Shown: positions 1 to 7,702 of the stretch, piece by piece
How positions within the stretch are numbered: the first letter of the stretch is position 1
Layout of the letters: every line of letters begins with the position of its first letter
IMG/VR virus record: IMGVR_UViG_2526164690_000054
DNA length: 24,401 bases
Source: a virus
Lineage: Duplodnaviria; Heunggongvirae; Uroviricota; Caudoviricetes
Direction: 5' to 3' (one strand)
Notes under the pieces: generated by a model
Databases searched by the model: none
The model's input: the letters and a program-made list of their open reading frames with translations, nothing else
What the model was told of the DNA's origin: nothing
Translations under genes and position numbers: made by a program

Positions 1-447
1 ATGAAAGTTAGAAGCATAGGATTTACAATAAATAACAATAACAAAAATATTAATACCGTTGACGTAATGAATGCTTTTATCAACGCATCAAACAGAGAAC
101 ACAGTCGCACAGACTATACTCGTAAAATTCTCATTTCGGATGTGAATGATTTCTATTATGGATTAGTTGTCACATTCAGAAACCAAAAAAAGAACTGTAA
201 GTCGCAATTTGTTGATGGTAAATTCCAGCTTAAAATTGAAGATCTTCAAGGAAGTGACAAACTTGCTAATTTCAACTTTTTCTTAATTAAAAAATCTAAT
301 CTTTCTGGTCTCTATATGTATCACCACGGTTCATGCAGTCTGAACACTCTCTTTTCTCATTTAGAAACAATAAGTAATGAATTTATCAGAAATCAAAATA
401 AAGAAGAAATAAAAAACTTGGTGATAAACCAAAACAAAAAGAAGTAA
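1..447 (+). CDS. hypothetical protein (AT-rich cargo; possibly 5'-partial at window edge)
   Basis: 148-aa open frame starting at the window edge; Asn/Lys-rich, AT-rich codon usage unlike the adjacent prophage genes; no recognisable catalytic or binding motif. Confidence 0.35.
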   Translation: MKVRSIGFTINNNNKNINTVDVMNAFINASNREHSRTDYTRKILISDVNDFYYGLVVTFRNQKKNCKSQFVDGKFQLKIEDLQGSDKLANFNFFLIKKSNLSGLYMYHHGSCSLNTLFSHLETISNEFIRNQNKEEIKNLVINQNKKK

Positions 448-491
448 CTGCAATAAATAAAAATACAAAGAAAGACTGACTTTTCAGCCTT

Positions 492-770
492 ATGACAAAT
501 AAAAACAACATTCAGAGTGTTTTATGTCAATTCAAAGAGATTAAAAGCACAAGCTTTAAATTTAATTATATAGATTTTAAAGGTGGACCAATGACTGCGC
601 TTGAACAATTTGTTAACACCACCACAATAGATATGAATTTTAATTCTAGCGACAGAACAAAAGTGCAACAACTATCTCAGAATCTTTCAAATATTTATAA
701 TTCTATGAGTGGAGTTGCTAAAGCACAGGTTATTGCAGTAAACCATGCAGGAATAAGAAAAAACCATTGA
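492..770 (+). CDS. hypothetical protein
   Basis: 92-aa ORF on the same strand and in the same AT-rich block as its neighbours; no recognisable motif. Confidence 0.3.
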   Translation: MTNKNNIQSVLCQFKEIKSTSFKFNYIDFKGGPMTALEQFVNTTTIDMNFNSSDRTKVQQLSQNLSNIYNSMSGVAKAQVIAVNHAGIRKNH

Positions 771-1034
771 TTTTATGAACTGCCCTGTTTTTTTTGAAAC
801 ATACGATTTCGATATAATTGCCGATAAAGTCAATGGATTGACAAACGATAATTATACAACAAACCCTGTTTTTGATATGATAAAGGAAGAAATGCTGAAC
901 GGGACGAATAAAAATGCCTTTATATGAATGGCTAATAAATAAAAGATTGAGGTATCAGTACCTTACACTGCTTGCATTCTCGATCCTGGCATTGCTTGCA
1001 CTTTACCTATTGTACAGAAACACACCTAAAGTAA

Positions 1035-1472
1035 GTGTTAACTTTTTTGAGTTTTATCATAAAAACTTACGAGGCTATCTCTTCTCCGGTTTTATTTCCG
1101 TGGGCTCTATTTTTATTGAGCCTGCATACCTTTGTCATAATAAATTTACGCGATAAGGTTTTTGCAACTCAGGAATATAAGGAAATTTATAGCATTGCCA
1201 CTGGTATACCTATTGACAAAATCAATGATAGTGTACTTTATAAACCTTTAGACAATTTATCCTCATTTATTAATACATCAATATTATGTTCTATCACAAC
1301 AGCAATTGCACAATTCACTATTGGACTTTCAACTAATTTATATGCATGCTTATTTTGCGTATGGCTTGCAATACTAACGGTATTTCTTTTATTACATTGC
1401 CTCATCATAATCAGACAAAATATTAAAATTTTATTAAAGCAACAGAGAAAAAAGGGGGGTAATTCCCCCTAA
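1035..1472 (+). CDS. putative membrane protein (possibly frameshifted; overlapping hydrophobic ORF 914-1156 in another frame)
   Basis: 145-aa ORF with several hydrophobic helix-like segments; the upstream ORF 914-1156 in a different frame is also hydrophobic and overlaps it, suggesting one gene split by a frameshift or an alternative start. Confidence 0.35.
   Translation: MLTFLSFIIKTYEAISSPVLFPWALFLLSLHTFVIINLRDKVFATQEYKEIYSIATGIPIDKINDSVLYKPLDNLSSFINTSILCSITTAIAQFTIGLSTNLYACLFCVWLAILTVFLLLHCLIIIRQNIKILLKQQRKKGGNSP
1445..1470 (-). terminator. rho-independent terminator downstream of Q (G6/C5 hairpin plus T-run on minus strand)
   Basis: GGGGGG(1454-1459)-TAATT-CCCCC(1465-1469) hairpin; on the minus strand it is followed by a T-run (A-run 1448-1453 on plus), immediately after the Q stop codon. 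Confidence 0.5.
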
Positions 1473-1474
1473 TA

Positions 1475-1831
1475 TTACAACATTGAAAGCACACCATCCA
1501 GAAAACCAAGAGCTGTTTGCAACTCTTTTCTTATTGTCCCATCAGAACACTTCTGCTTCTTTGCAATAGTTCTTAGTGAGATGCCGATAACAAAATGAGC
1601 AATAACCAACTCATACTCTTCGGGCTTATATTTCCGCAATCGCGCAACACAGCTGTCAATCATGATTCCTTCATCATCATCGCATTGTTGGCGTGTTTTC
1701 TTTCCATGAGGTAGTAAACCTTTAAACCCTGCAGCAACAGGCTGCCAGTCCACACCACTGTTATCTGCTGCAGCCCATGCACCCCAGCGGTCCAATACTT
1801 CATACATATCACGCATCAACTTTCTCCACAA
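1475..1831 (-). CDS. late-gene antitermination protein Q (lambdoid Q family)
   Basis: 118 aa with LDRWGAWAA, GFKGLLP and QCDDDEG motifs typical of E. coli prophage Q antiterminators as I recall them; last gene of the nin-like operon, followed by a terminator. Confidence 0.7.
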   Translation of the reverse strand: MWRKLMRDMYEVLDRWGAWAAADNSGVDWQPVAAGFKGLLPHGKKTRQQCDDDEGIMIDSCVARLRKYKPEEYELVIAHFVIGISLRTIAKKQKCSDGTIRKELQTALGFLDGVLSML

Positions 1832-1833
1832 AA

Positions 1834-2829
1834 TCAGGCCAGCACGCCAATTGCCAGTGCACGATCGATAAAACGAAATATCAGCTCCAGCTGGGAGCCA
1901 TACTTCTCTTCAAATGCCACGGTATCCGCATGCAGCTCGTCGTGATGCTTTCTGCACAAAGGCAACACAAAGAGGTCATGCGCTTTTGTAGCCATTCCAC
2001 CCTGACCGTGACCTATCAGGTGGTGGGGATCATCAGCAGGTTTTCCACAACATGCGCACGGCTGCGTCTTAACCCATCGCGTGTACTTTTCATTAACCCA
2101 GCGGCGACGTTTTGGGCGTAACATAAAAGACTCCGGCGACTCCGGATCCACTTTCAGCGCCAGCACCTTTTTCGCTTTATCCTGGATGATGCTGGTGGCA
2201 GGAACCGAAGGCACAAGGTCACTTTCCCGGGTGACAGACGGCACAACAGGCTTCGGTAATCTCAGTACCTTACGGGCTGCACTTTCCGGTAAGGCATCCG
2301 CCAGATCATTACGAATCAGCCACCAGCACAGTTCCGGCATTGTCACAACGTGACTGTCATCAAAACCGAGATCCCGACGCACGACAGACAACACCCAGCG
2401 GGCACAGTTATCCGTTGCCATTGATTCCAGCCGTTCCGTGAACTGATCGCGCAGCTGGTTATCGCAGTGCCAGCACAGACGGATTGCGCCCGGCGCGTGT
2501 CGCATTGTGGTCATGTTCTCGCTGTGCCAGTCGGAATGAGGCCACTGGCAGCCTTTTTCACGAAGTAACCAGCTTTCAAGACATTCCACGCCACCAGCAC
2601 GACGGATCACTGCCTCATTGCGGAACACGGCCCGAACGGCAGGATCATCCGCCAGCGGTTGTGATGCCGCCGGAACGGCACCACTGGCGAAAGATGAATA
2701 ACGTTCCGGCTCAGGCTCCAGCAGGACACGCCCCTGCATAAACAGGGGCATCAGCTCTGAACCTGGCCTGAACAATACGATCCCCATACGCGGGGCAATT
2801 TCAGGGGTCAGTAGCGCTCTCACGGTCAC
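1834..2829 (-). CDS. DUF968-like prophage protein with C-terminal HNH-like Cys/His motif
   Basis: 331 aa; C-terminus has PCACCGKP...HHLIGHGQGG...CRKHHDELH (HNH/zinc-finger-like); sits in the NinG-like position between the KilA ORFs and Q; 2-nt gap to Q. Confidence 0.6.
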   Translation of the reverse strand: MTVRALLTPEIAPRMGIVLFRPGSELMPLFMQGRVLLEPEPERYSSFASGAVPAASQPLADDPAVRAVFRNEAVIRRAGGVECLESWLLREKGCQWPHSDWHSENMTTMRHAPGAIRLCWHCDNQLRDQFTERLESMATDNCARWVLSVVRRDLGFDDSHVVTMPELCWWLIRNDLADALPESAARKVLRLPKPVVPSVTRESDLVPSVPATSIIQDKAKKVLALKVDPESPESFMLRPKRRRWVNEKYTRWVKTQPCACCGKPADDPHHLIGHGQGGMATKAHDLFVLPLCRKHHDELHADTVAFEEKYGSQLELIFRFIDRALAIGVLA

Positions 2830-2830
2830 C

Positions 2831-3211
2831 TCAATGAACGGTATCGAGCAGCTTTAACAGCTCAGGGAACCGGGATTCGAAGAAATGCGGCTGCGTCTCG
2901 CGCGGATTTGCGGGACTGGTGATGTTCTTGCCGAACATGCAGCCTTTCGCCGTCAGCGACCAGAATTTTTTGATGTTGTTAATCGCAGTGCGGCTGTATC
3001 GTTCACGTTGTTCAACGATCCCCAGCTTCGCCATCTGGTGATATGCCTGATTAGCTGTCAGGCGGATACCATACTGCTTCAGCAGTGCACTCAGTGACAG
3101 CGTGGGGCGGCTTGAGCCATCAGGCGCGTCAGCAGGAGCATCAATGGCATAGCGCGGTGCCAGATTCGGTAAGCCAACAGCCTCCTGGAGTTTCTGACAG
3201 GCTCCAAGCAC
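2831..3211 (-). CDS. KilAC (ANT-type antirepressor C-terminal) domain protein
   Basis: 126 aa; segment LSALLKQYGIRLTANQAYHQMAKLGIVEQRE resembles the KilAC domain; lies 7 nt downstream of the KilA-N ORF in a different frame. Confidence 0.5.
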   Translation of the reverse strand: MLGACQKLQEAVGLPNLAPRYAIDAPADAPDGSSRPTLSLSALLKQYGIRLTANQAYHQMAKLGIVEQRERYSRTAINNIKKFWSLTAKGCMFGKNITSPANPRETQPHFFESRFPELLKLLDTVH

Positions 3212-3218
3212 TGATGAG

Positions 3219-3662
3219 TTAGACAGGTTTTAATTCCCGGCGCATAAAGTCCAGCAGGATCACACCAGCCTGCATCTTGTCAGCAGCCTGTCCGGATAAT
3301 TTTTCCGGTGCGCTGGTTACCATGTCGAAAGTACGGATCACCTTCAGATGGAATGACGGGCTGATCCACATTGCATAGGCATACACCAGTTCTTTGCAGA
3401 CATACGTCCCCTGGCTATTTCCGCCACGAATAACGTTAACTGGCTCTATATTGACCGAGTTGCAAATCTGCAACTCGCTTATTAAACGTTCAGTTTGCTC
3501 ATTGCGGAGCCAGAATGCAGGCTTATGCTTATCCAGAGAACCGGCAGCCCTGTGCAAATCGTTCAGGCTGTAACGACCATAAGCATCACGACGAACTTCA
3601 ATACCATCAATGACCATCAGATTATTCATACTTCGTTTCTCCTCTTGATCAGGCGGCTGCAC
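3219..3662 (-). CDS. KilA-N domain protein
   Basis: 147 aa; IDGIEVRRDAYGRYSLNDLHRAAG...KPAFWLRNEQTERLISEL...RGGNSQGTYVCKELVYAYAMWISP matches the KilA-N DNA-binding domain pattern. Confidence 0.7.
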   Translation of the reverse strand: MQPPDQEEKRSMNNLMVIDGIEVRRDAYGRYSLNDLHRAAGSLDKHKPAFWLRNEQTERLISELQICNSVNIEPVNVIRGGNSQGTYVCKELVYAYAMWISPSFHLKVIRTFDMVTSAPEKLSGQAADKMQAGVILLDFMRRELKPV

Positions 3663-4038
3663 CCGCCGTTTTCTCGTACTTACTGATAGTGATCTCGACC
3701 TTCCCTTCCGGGATAACCGGTCCCCACTCCACCAGCATTCTTTTCACCTGGCTGTCGTCTTCCCACACACCCGCGTGTGTCAGGGCGTCAAACAGTGCCT
3801 TGTTATAGTTGTCCAGATCGCGGATCCTGTTATCAGGAGGAAACAACACGATCTCCACTGAAGCAGGTGCCGACGTTGGTTTTGGCAGACGACGTAACTG
3901 CTCTACTATTGCTGCACACGCCGCGCTCTGAAATTTTCGCCCCGCCGCGCTTATCAGGCTCTTACCAGCAAATGCCCCTTTGTTGGGGTGTCGCCAGTAC
4001 GTGTTCACGCTGGGCGGGAAAGGCAGGATCAGCTTCAT
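3649..4038 (-). CDS. rusA: RusA-family Holliday junction resolvase
   Basis: 129 aa; LPFPPSVNTYWRH, RIRDLDNYNKALFDALTHAGVWEDDSQV and KVEITI parallel E. coli RusA motifs including the catalytic Asp cluster; start overlaps the upstream stop (ATGA). Confidence 0.85.
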   Translation of the reverse strand: MKLILPFPPSVNTYWRHPNKGAFAGKSLISAAGRKFQSAACAAIVEQLRRLPKPTSAPASVEIVLFPPDNRIRDLDNYNKALFDALTHAGVWEDDSQVKRMLVEWGPVIPEGKVEITISKYEKTAGAAA

Positions 4039-4361
4039 ACTTTCAGGCCTCTCTCATGTAACCAGTGAGTTGCACGCAGCCTTGCGTTTTCCTCACCGGC
4101 AAGCAGTGAGCGGATAATCCCGACCGCTTCGCTGTCGTCGTCCTTCACTGCGGTATGAAGCGTGATCCCCCGGGCCACACCACGCTTTATCGTGATGACG
4201 CCTTTTTTCTCCAGTGCGCGAAGATGCTCCACCGCTGCATTCACTGAACGGTATCCCAGCATGGTTGCCACCTCCTGATTGGTTGGCGGGAAGCCACGTT
4301 CTTTCTGATAAGAAATCAGCATATCCAGCACCTGCTGCTGGCATTGAGTTAACGTCGTCAT
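4035..4361 (-). CDS. LexA N-terminal DNA-binding-domain-like protein (no S24 peptidase domain)
   Basis: 108 aa; LTQCQQQVLDMLISYQKERGFPPTNQEVATMLGYRSVNAAVEHLRALEKKGVITIKRGVARGITL parallels the LexA winged-helix N-domain; the C-terminal autocleavage domain is absent. Confidence 0.65.
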   Translation of the reverse strand: MTTLTQCQQQVLDMLISYQKERGFPPTNQEVATMLGYRSVNAAVEHLRALEKKGVITIKRGVARGITLHTAVKDDDSEAVGIIRSLLAGEENARLRATHWLHERGLKV

Positions 4362-5011
4362 GCCGCCATCTCCCTGACCAGTTTTTCCGCCTGCTGGCGA
4401 ACCTGCGCCAGAAAGGCCTCACCACATGCCTCAAGTTCATCGCGCCCGATGTAGCTGATTGCCGGTCCCTTCCAGGTCTTGTCGAAAACAGCAATAGCAC
4501 CAGCGAAGAAAGCGCCTGTCGGCACCTGCTTCTCGTCTTTCGGGATAAACCAGGCAGGCAGTTCAAAACCAATACGCCCTCGAATAAAAGCAATATGGTC
4601 CGCATCTTCCGGCCACCACACTTCGCTGGTGGCAGCTTTGATCAGGAAAACATAGCGCCCGCCTTTATCACGCATGGCACTGGCATGTTTCATGATGTAA
4701 CGCATGCCGGTGATGTATTGCCCCTCATGCTGACTGGCGCGGCTGTATGGGGGATTACCAAAGGCAGCCCCTTTAAGCTCCGCAAGACGTTCTGACCAGT
4801 CATGCGCCAGCGCGTTGTCTTCCGCCGTGTAATACGCAGCACATTTGGCGTTATCACCGTCAGTAAACAGATCCAGAACAAACGGGCCAAACAGGGTGTT
4901 CATTCCCCAGAAAATGTTGTCCGGCGTGCGCCACTGATCGCCCACTTCCTTCAGTTCATGGGCTGGTTTGTTCCGCAGTTCCACCAGCTCCTGGCAATAT
5001 TTATTACTCAT
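4358..5011 (-). CDS. phage-type DNA N6-adenine methyltransferase (Dam family)
   Basis: Contains the NPPY catalytic motif (FGNPPYS). The ATG at 5011 overlaps the PerC-like stop codon (TAATG coupling); the longest frame starts at GTG 5044. Confidence 0.8.
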   Translation of the reverse strand: MSNKYCQELVELRNKPAHELKEVGDQWRTPDNIFWGMNTLFGPFVLDLFTDGDNAKCAAYYTAEDNALAHDWSERLAELKGAAFGNPPYSRASQHEGQYITGMRYIMKHASAMRDKGGRYVFLIKAATSEVWWPEDADHIAFIRGRIGFELPAWFIPKDEKQVPTGAFFAGAIAVFDKTWKGPAISYIGRDELEACGEAFLAQVRQQAEKLVREMAA

Positions 5012-5220
5012 TAAGCCCCCACGTAATTCCCTGACAGATACCACTCATCACCCGATGCAGCGCGCTTGCTGCTTTTCCGTAAGCACCGCTCACGACGCGC
5101 CAGAAAATTGTTTCGTTCTGGCTGGGAGTGGCTTTCACGGAATGCCGACATCCACACGGTTGCAGCACGACGGTATAAGCCCCTGGACTCCAGTTCTTCA
5201 GCCTGGCGGGTCAGGCACAA
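5011..5220 (-). CDS. PerC/Pch-family transcriptional regulator
   Basis: 69 aa; AEELESRGLYRRAATVWMSAF matches the conserved core of PerC/Pch regulators (LEARGLWRRAA); TTG start in the track. Confidence 0.55.
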   Translation of the reverse strand: MCLTRQAEELESRGLYRRAATVWMSAFRESHSQPERNNFLARRERCLRKSSKRAASGDEWYLSGNYVGA

Positions 5221-5506
5221 AATTCACCCGGGGATCGTTAGTGCCGACATAGAAATTGCGCACAGGTCTGGTTTCTCGAACTGGTTGTGGTTCCGGCTCC
5301 TGCGCTCTCTCAGTCAGGCGCGGGAAATGTCTGCGTGTATCTCCTTCACAACGGTGAGCCACACGCCCACTCTGACGTAACTTGCTTGCAGACTGCAGAA
5401 CGCGCTGCCGTGAGTAACCTGTAAAAGCATCTGCAATGTCTCCGGAAGTACACCCCGGATGGGCTTCAATGAATTTCTGAACTTCATTCAAAAGACTCAT
5501 AATCAC
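5198..5506 (-). CDS. hypothetical protein (possible winged-helix)
   Basis: 102 aa; ATGA overlap with the upstream replication gene stop; no catalytic motif. Confidence 0.5.
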   Translation of the reverse strand: MIMSLLNEVQKFIEAHPGCTSGDIADAFTGYSRQRVLQSASKLRQSGRVAHRCEGDTRRHFPRLTERAQEPEPQPVRETRPVRNFYVGTNDPRVNFVPDPPG

Positions 5507-6321
5507 CCCCTGAATCCTGCCGGGATCTGGCTGTAGTCCACGTTGTCGTAACTGGCTTTGAAGTACGGGTCCTCACGTCCGGCTGCAGATACCGCAGGAA
5601 CTTCCCAGGATTCTTCGAAATGACGATCCGGACCAAAGAACGTGACAGCCTGTTTCACAAATTGTGTGCCGCTGTTACCCATCGCAGATACCCAGCCCGC
5701 GTAGCGTTTCACACCTTCCAGCATGGTTTCGGGGTTTACCCCCTCATTCAAACGGGCTTTCCAGGCTTTGAAGGCTGCAGATTTTGAATTGCCACCAGCA
5801 CGTTTGGGATATGCCAGCCATGCCTGCTCAAACTCCGGAGAGTATTCCGGTCGGTTTGAACGAACTCGCACAGACTCATCAGCAGATGCACCAACAGCTA
5901 TTGGTTCATTGACTGGTTCTTTGACTGGTTCAAAAGAGTGACTGGTTCTGGGTGAATCTCCTGCACTACCCCCTGGTGCAACTCCTGCACTACCTGGTGA
6001 ATTTGCTGCACCAGATAGTGAATTATTTGCACTACCCCCTAGTGAATCTCCTGCACCATCCAGATGAAGGAGATAGATATTACTTGAGTTACCTTTTTCA
6101 CCTTTCCGGGTGACTTTTTTTACCAGTCCGGAATCACAAAGAGCCGCAATATGATTCATCACAGAACGTTTGCTAATCTCGCACTGGTCAGCAATATGCT
6201 GGTAGCTGGGCCAGCACTCACCCTGATCGCTGGCATTATCAGCCAGCTTGATCAGAACCAGTTTTCGCAATGGATTACCCACTCGAATTTTCATCGCTTT
6301 AACCATCAGCTCCATACTCAT
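5503..6321 (-). CDS. phage replication initiation protein (N-terminal HTH, DnaT-like C-terminus)
   Basis: 272 aa; N-terminal HTH-like region (PSYQHIADQCEISKRSVMNHIAALCDSGLV), central Gly/Ser/Ala-rich low-complexity linker, C-terminal end DYSQIPAGFRG closely resembling the C-terminus of primosomal protein DnaT as I recall it. Confidence 0.7.
   Translation of the reverse strand: MSMELMVKAMKIRVGNPLRKLVLIKLADNASDQGECWPSYQHIADQCEISKRSVMNHIAALCDSGLVKKVTRKGEKGNSSNIYLLHLDGAGDSLGGSANNSLSGAANSPGSAGVAPGGSAGDSPRTSHSFEPVKEPVNEPIAVGASADESVRVRSNRPEYSPEFEQAWLAYPKRAGGNSKSAAFKAWKARLNEGVNPETMLEGVKRYAGWVSAMGNSGTQFVKQAVTFFGPDRHFEESWEVPAVSAAGREDPYFKASYDNVDYSQIPAGFRG
5905..6060. repeat. iteron-like direct repeat cluster inside the replication gene (candidate ori)
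   Basis: Repeated units seen directly: tgactggttc (5910, 5922), actggttct (5941), gtgaatctcctgcac (5952, 6042), gcactaccccct (5963, 6029), ctcctgcactacc (5958, 5982). Confidence 0.45.
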
Positions 6322-6542
6322 GCTGCACCTCCGAGATGCTTCATGTTTTTTCCGGAGCGAAAGGCTATAAGCGGCATACTGACGCGGTAATTACGGCCAA
6401 GCGGTTCACAAATCACCTTCTGACATTCACGGTCAACCAGGCTAACACGTAGAACATGCCCTGCAGGCGTGGTGTACCACTGACCGGGGCGAGGACAACG
6501 GAAAGTCTGATTGGTAAATCGTTTGAAAATATTCCGGATCAT
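6318..6542 (-). CDS. hypothetical small basic Cys-containing protein
   Basis: 74 aa; ATGA overlaps with both the upstream stop and the downstream start, so it sits in a coupled operon chain. Confidence 0.5.
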   Translation of the reverse strand: MIRNIFKRFTNQTFRCPRPGQWYTTPAGHVLRVSLVDRECQKVICEPLGRNYRVSMPLIAFRSGKNMKHLGGAA

Positions 6543-7702
6543 TTGCGCCCCCTTACCTCTGAAGAGTTCAGCGACGAATGAATAAGACGGGCAAGAAATG
6601 CCGCATCGTTAATTCGGTCATACAGACTTACAGCCAGCGATGATTCAGCTTTTTCCAGCATGGGATAAAGCTGCTGCAACCAGACCTGATGAATTGATGA
6701 AACGTAGGAATAGAGAACGCTGGCGTTATGTGCAACGTCGCTCGGTACAGAGGGCTTTGAAAGCTGTTTCTCCATCTGGTTAAAGGCATTGATGTATGCC
6801 TCTTTGAACTGGGCAGCACGTTTGCCAGTGAAGCCCATTGCCAGGAACGCGAAGCCGTCGCGGGTGATGTGGTAGCAAGGAAGTTTGCGAGTACCGCCGT
6901 TGGGCTGGTGTACCAAAATTGATGTCTCCGCAAAATTGCGGGCACAAAACTCTGGAGAACAATCCAAAATGCGGATCTTTTTCAGAACATCGTCATGACG
7001 TTTAGAGAAGAAGTCAGCAACAGCCAAAGAAGATGTAACAGCCTGACCATCAACGATGGCAATTTCAGGTTGAGAGAGGGTTGGGAGAGTAGTCATGGTG
7101 ACAGCCCCGGTAGTCAGTTTTTCAGAAAACTCACCACATGGGACGCCAATCACAGAGGTGGTGAGACGTACAGGGTTGGCGTTACCGGAGACTACCGAAC
7201 CCGGCCCGACCGAAGTCGGCCCTGTACGCCCCACCATAATTTGGGCGTAGCAATGCTCATGACACGAAAAAACCGCATGAGCGCGGTTATGCTCAGTAAT
7301 CAATTTCAGGACGCCAATCCCGGCACCCGCTTTATAAGGTGCCTGAACAGTGTAACGTCCCGGAATGGCAGAATCAATGTGCTGGTGGTCCTTCACACTC
7401 AACAAAATCACGCCTGAATTTCCACAAAGGACTAAAGCACTCATGCGGGTAGTCTTTGCGAAGATAGATAACACGCTGTGTTTCTGGCTCCCAACGAATA
7501 ACATGGACATAAAGCCCTCTTCCGTCACGAAACCAGCGGTTAAGTTCCTGCACAACTCGCCCCCCACAGTCAGGTAAAGTTCTCTGTGGTTACTTACAGC
7601 CAGGTGATTTGGTAATCTGCATTCATGCCGTAACAACAGGTGTTCAGCGACACTGACCACCAGCTGTTGCGACAAACGGTTATTTGCCGTTAAACTGTTC
7701 AT
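6539..7702 (-). CDS. Rha-domain phage regulatory protein with ~200-aa N-terminal extension
   Basis: Residues ~200-300 (VTSSLAVADFFSKRHDDVLKKIRIL...ITRDGFAFLAMGFTGKRAAQFKEAYINAFNQMEKQ) match the Rha domain pattern. Start 7702 is coupled (ATGA) to the CII-like stop; an alternative internal start at 7096 would give a Rha-only protein. Confidence 0.55.
   Translation of the reverse strand: MNSLTANNRLSQQLVVSVAEHLLLRHECRLPNHLAVSNHRELYLTVGGELCRNLTAGFVTEEGFMSMLFVGSQKHSVLSIFAKTTRMSALVLCGNSGVILLSVKDHQHIDSAIPGRYTVQAPYKAGAGIGVLKLITEHNRAHAVFSCHEHCYAQIMVGRTGPTSVGPGSVVSGNANPVRLTTSVIGVPCGEFSEKLTTGAVTMTTLPTLSQPEIAIVDGQAVTSSLAVADFFSKRHDDVLKKIRILDCSPEFCARNFAETSILVHQPNGGTRKLPCYHITRDGFAFLAMGFTGKRAAQFKEAYINAFNQMEKQLSKPSVPSDVAHNASVLYSYVSSIHQVWLQQLYPMLEKAESSLAVSLYDRINDAAFLARLIHSSLNSSEVRGRK

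Noticed and set aside
1777-2741. Plus-strand ORFs 1777-2121, 2081-2353 and 2484-2741
   Set aside because: They lie antisense to the DUF968-like and Q genes, have Arg/Ser/His-rich composition typical of antisense frames, and no start context.
4093-4795. ORFs 4093-4605 (-) and 4214-4795 (+) overlapping the LexA-like and Dam genes
   Set aside because: Alternative frames or antisense of well-supported genes; composition is Arg/Ser/Gly-rich and unlike the neighbouring proteins.
5905-6060. Repeat cluster considered as a possible CRISPR array
   Set aside because: Repeats are short, overlapping and in-frame within a coding region (Gly/Ser/Ala linker), with no regular repeat-spacer periodicity; better explained as iterons or coding repeats.
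6995-7577. Plus-strand ORFs 6995-7417 and 7365-7577
   Set aside because: Antisense to the Rha-domain gene; Arg-rich with no motifs. Kept only as a caveat on the N-terminal extension of that gene.
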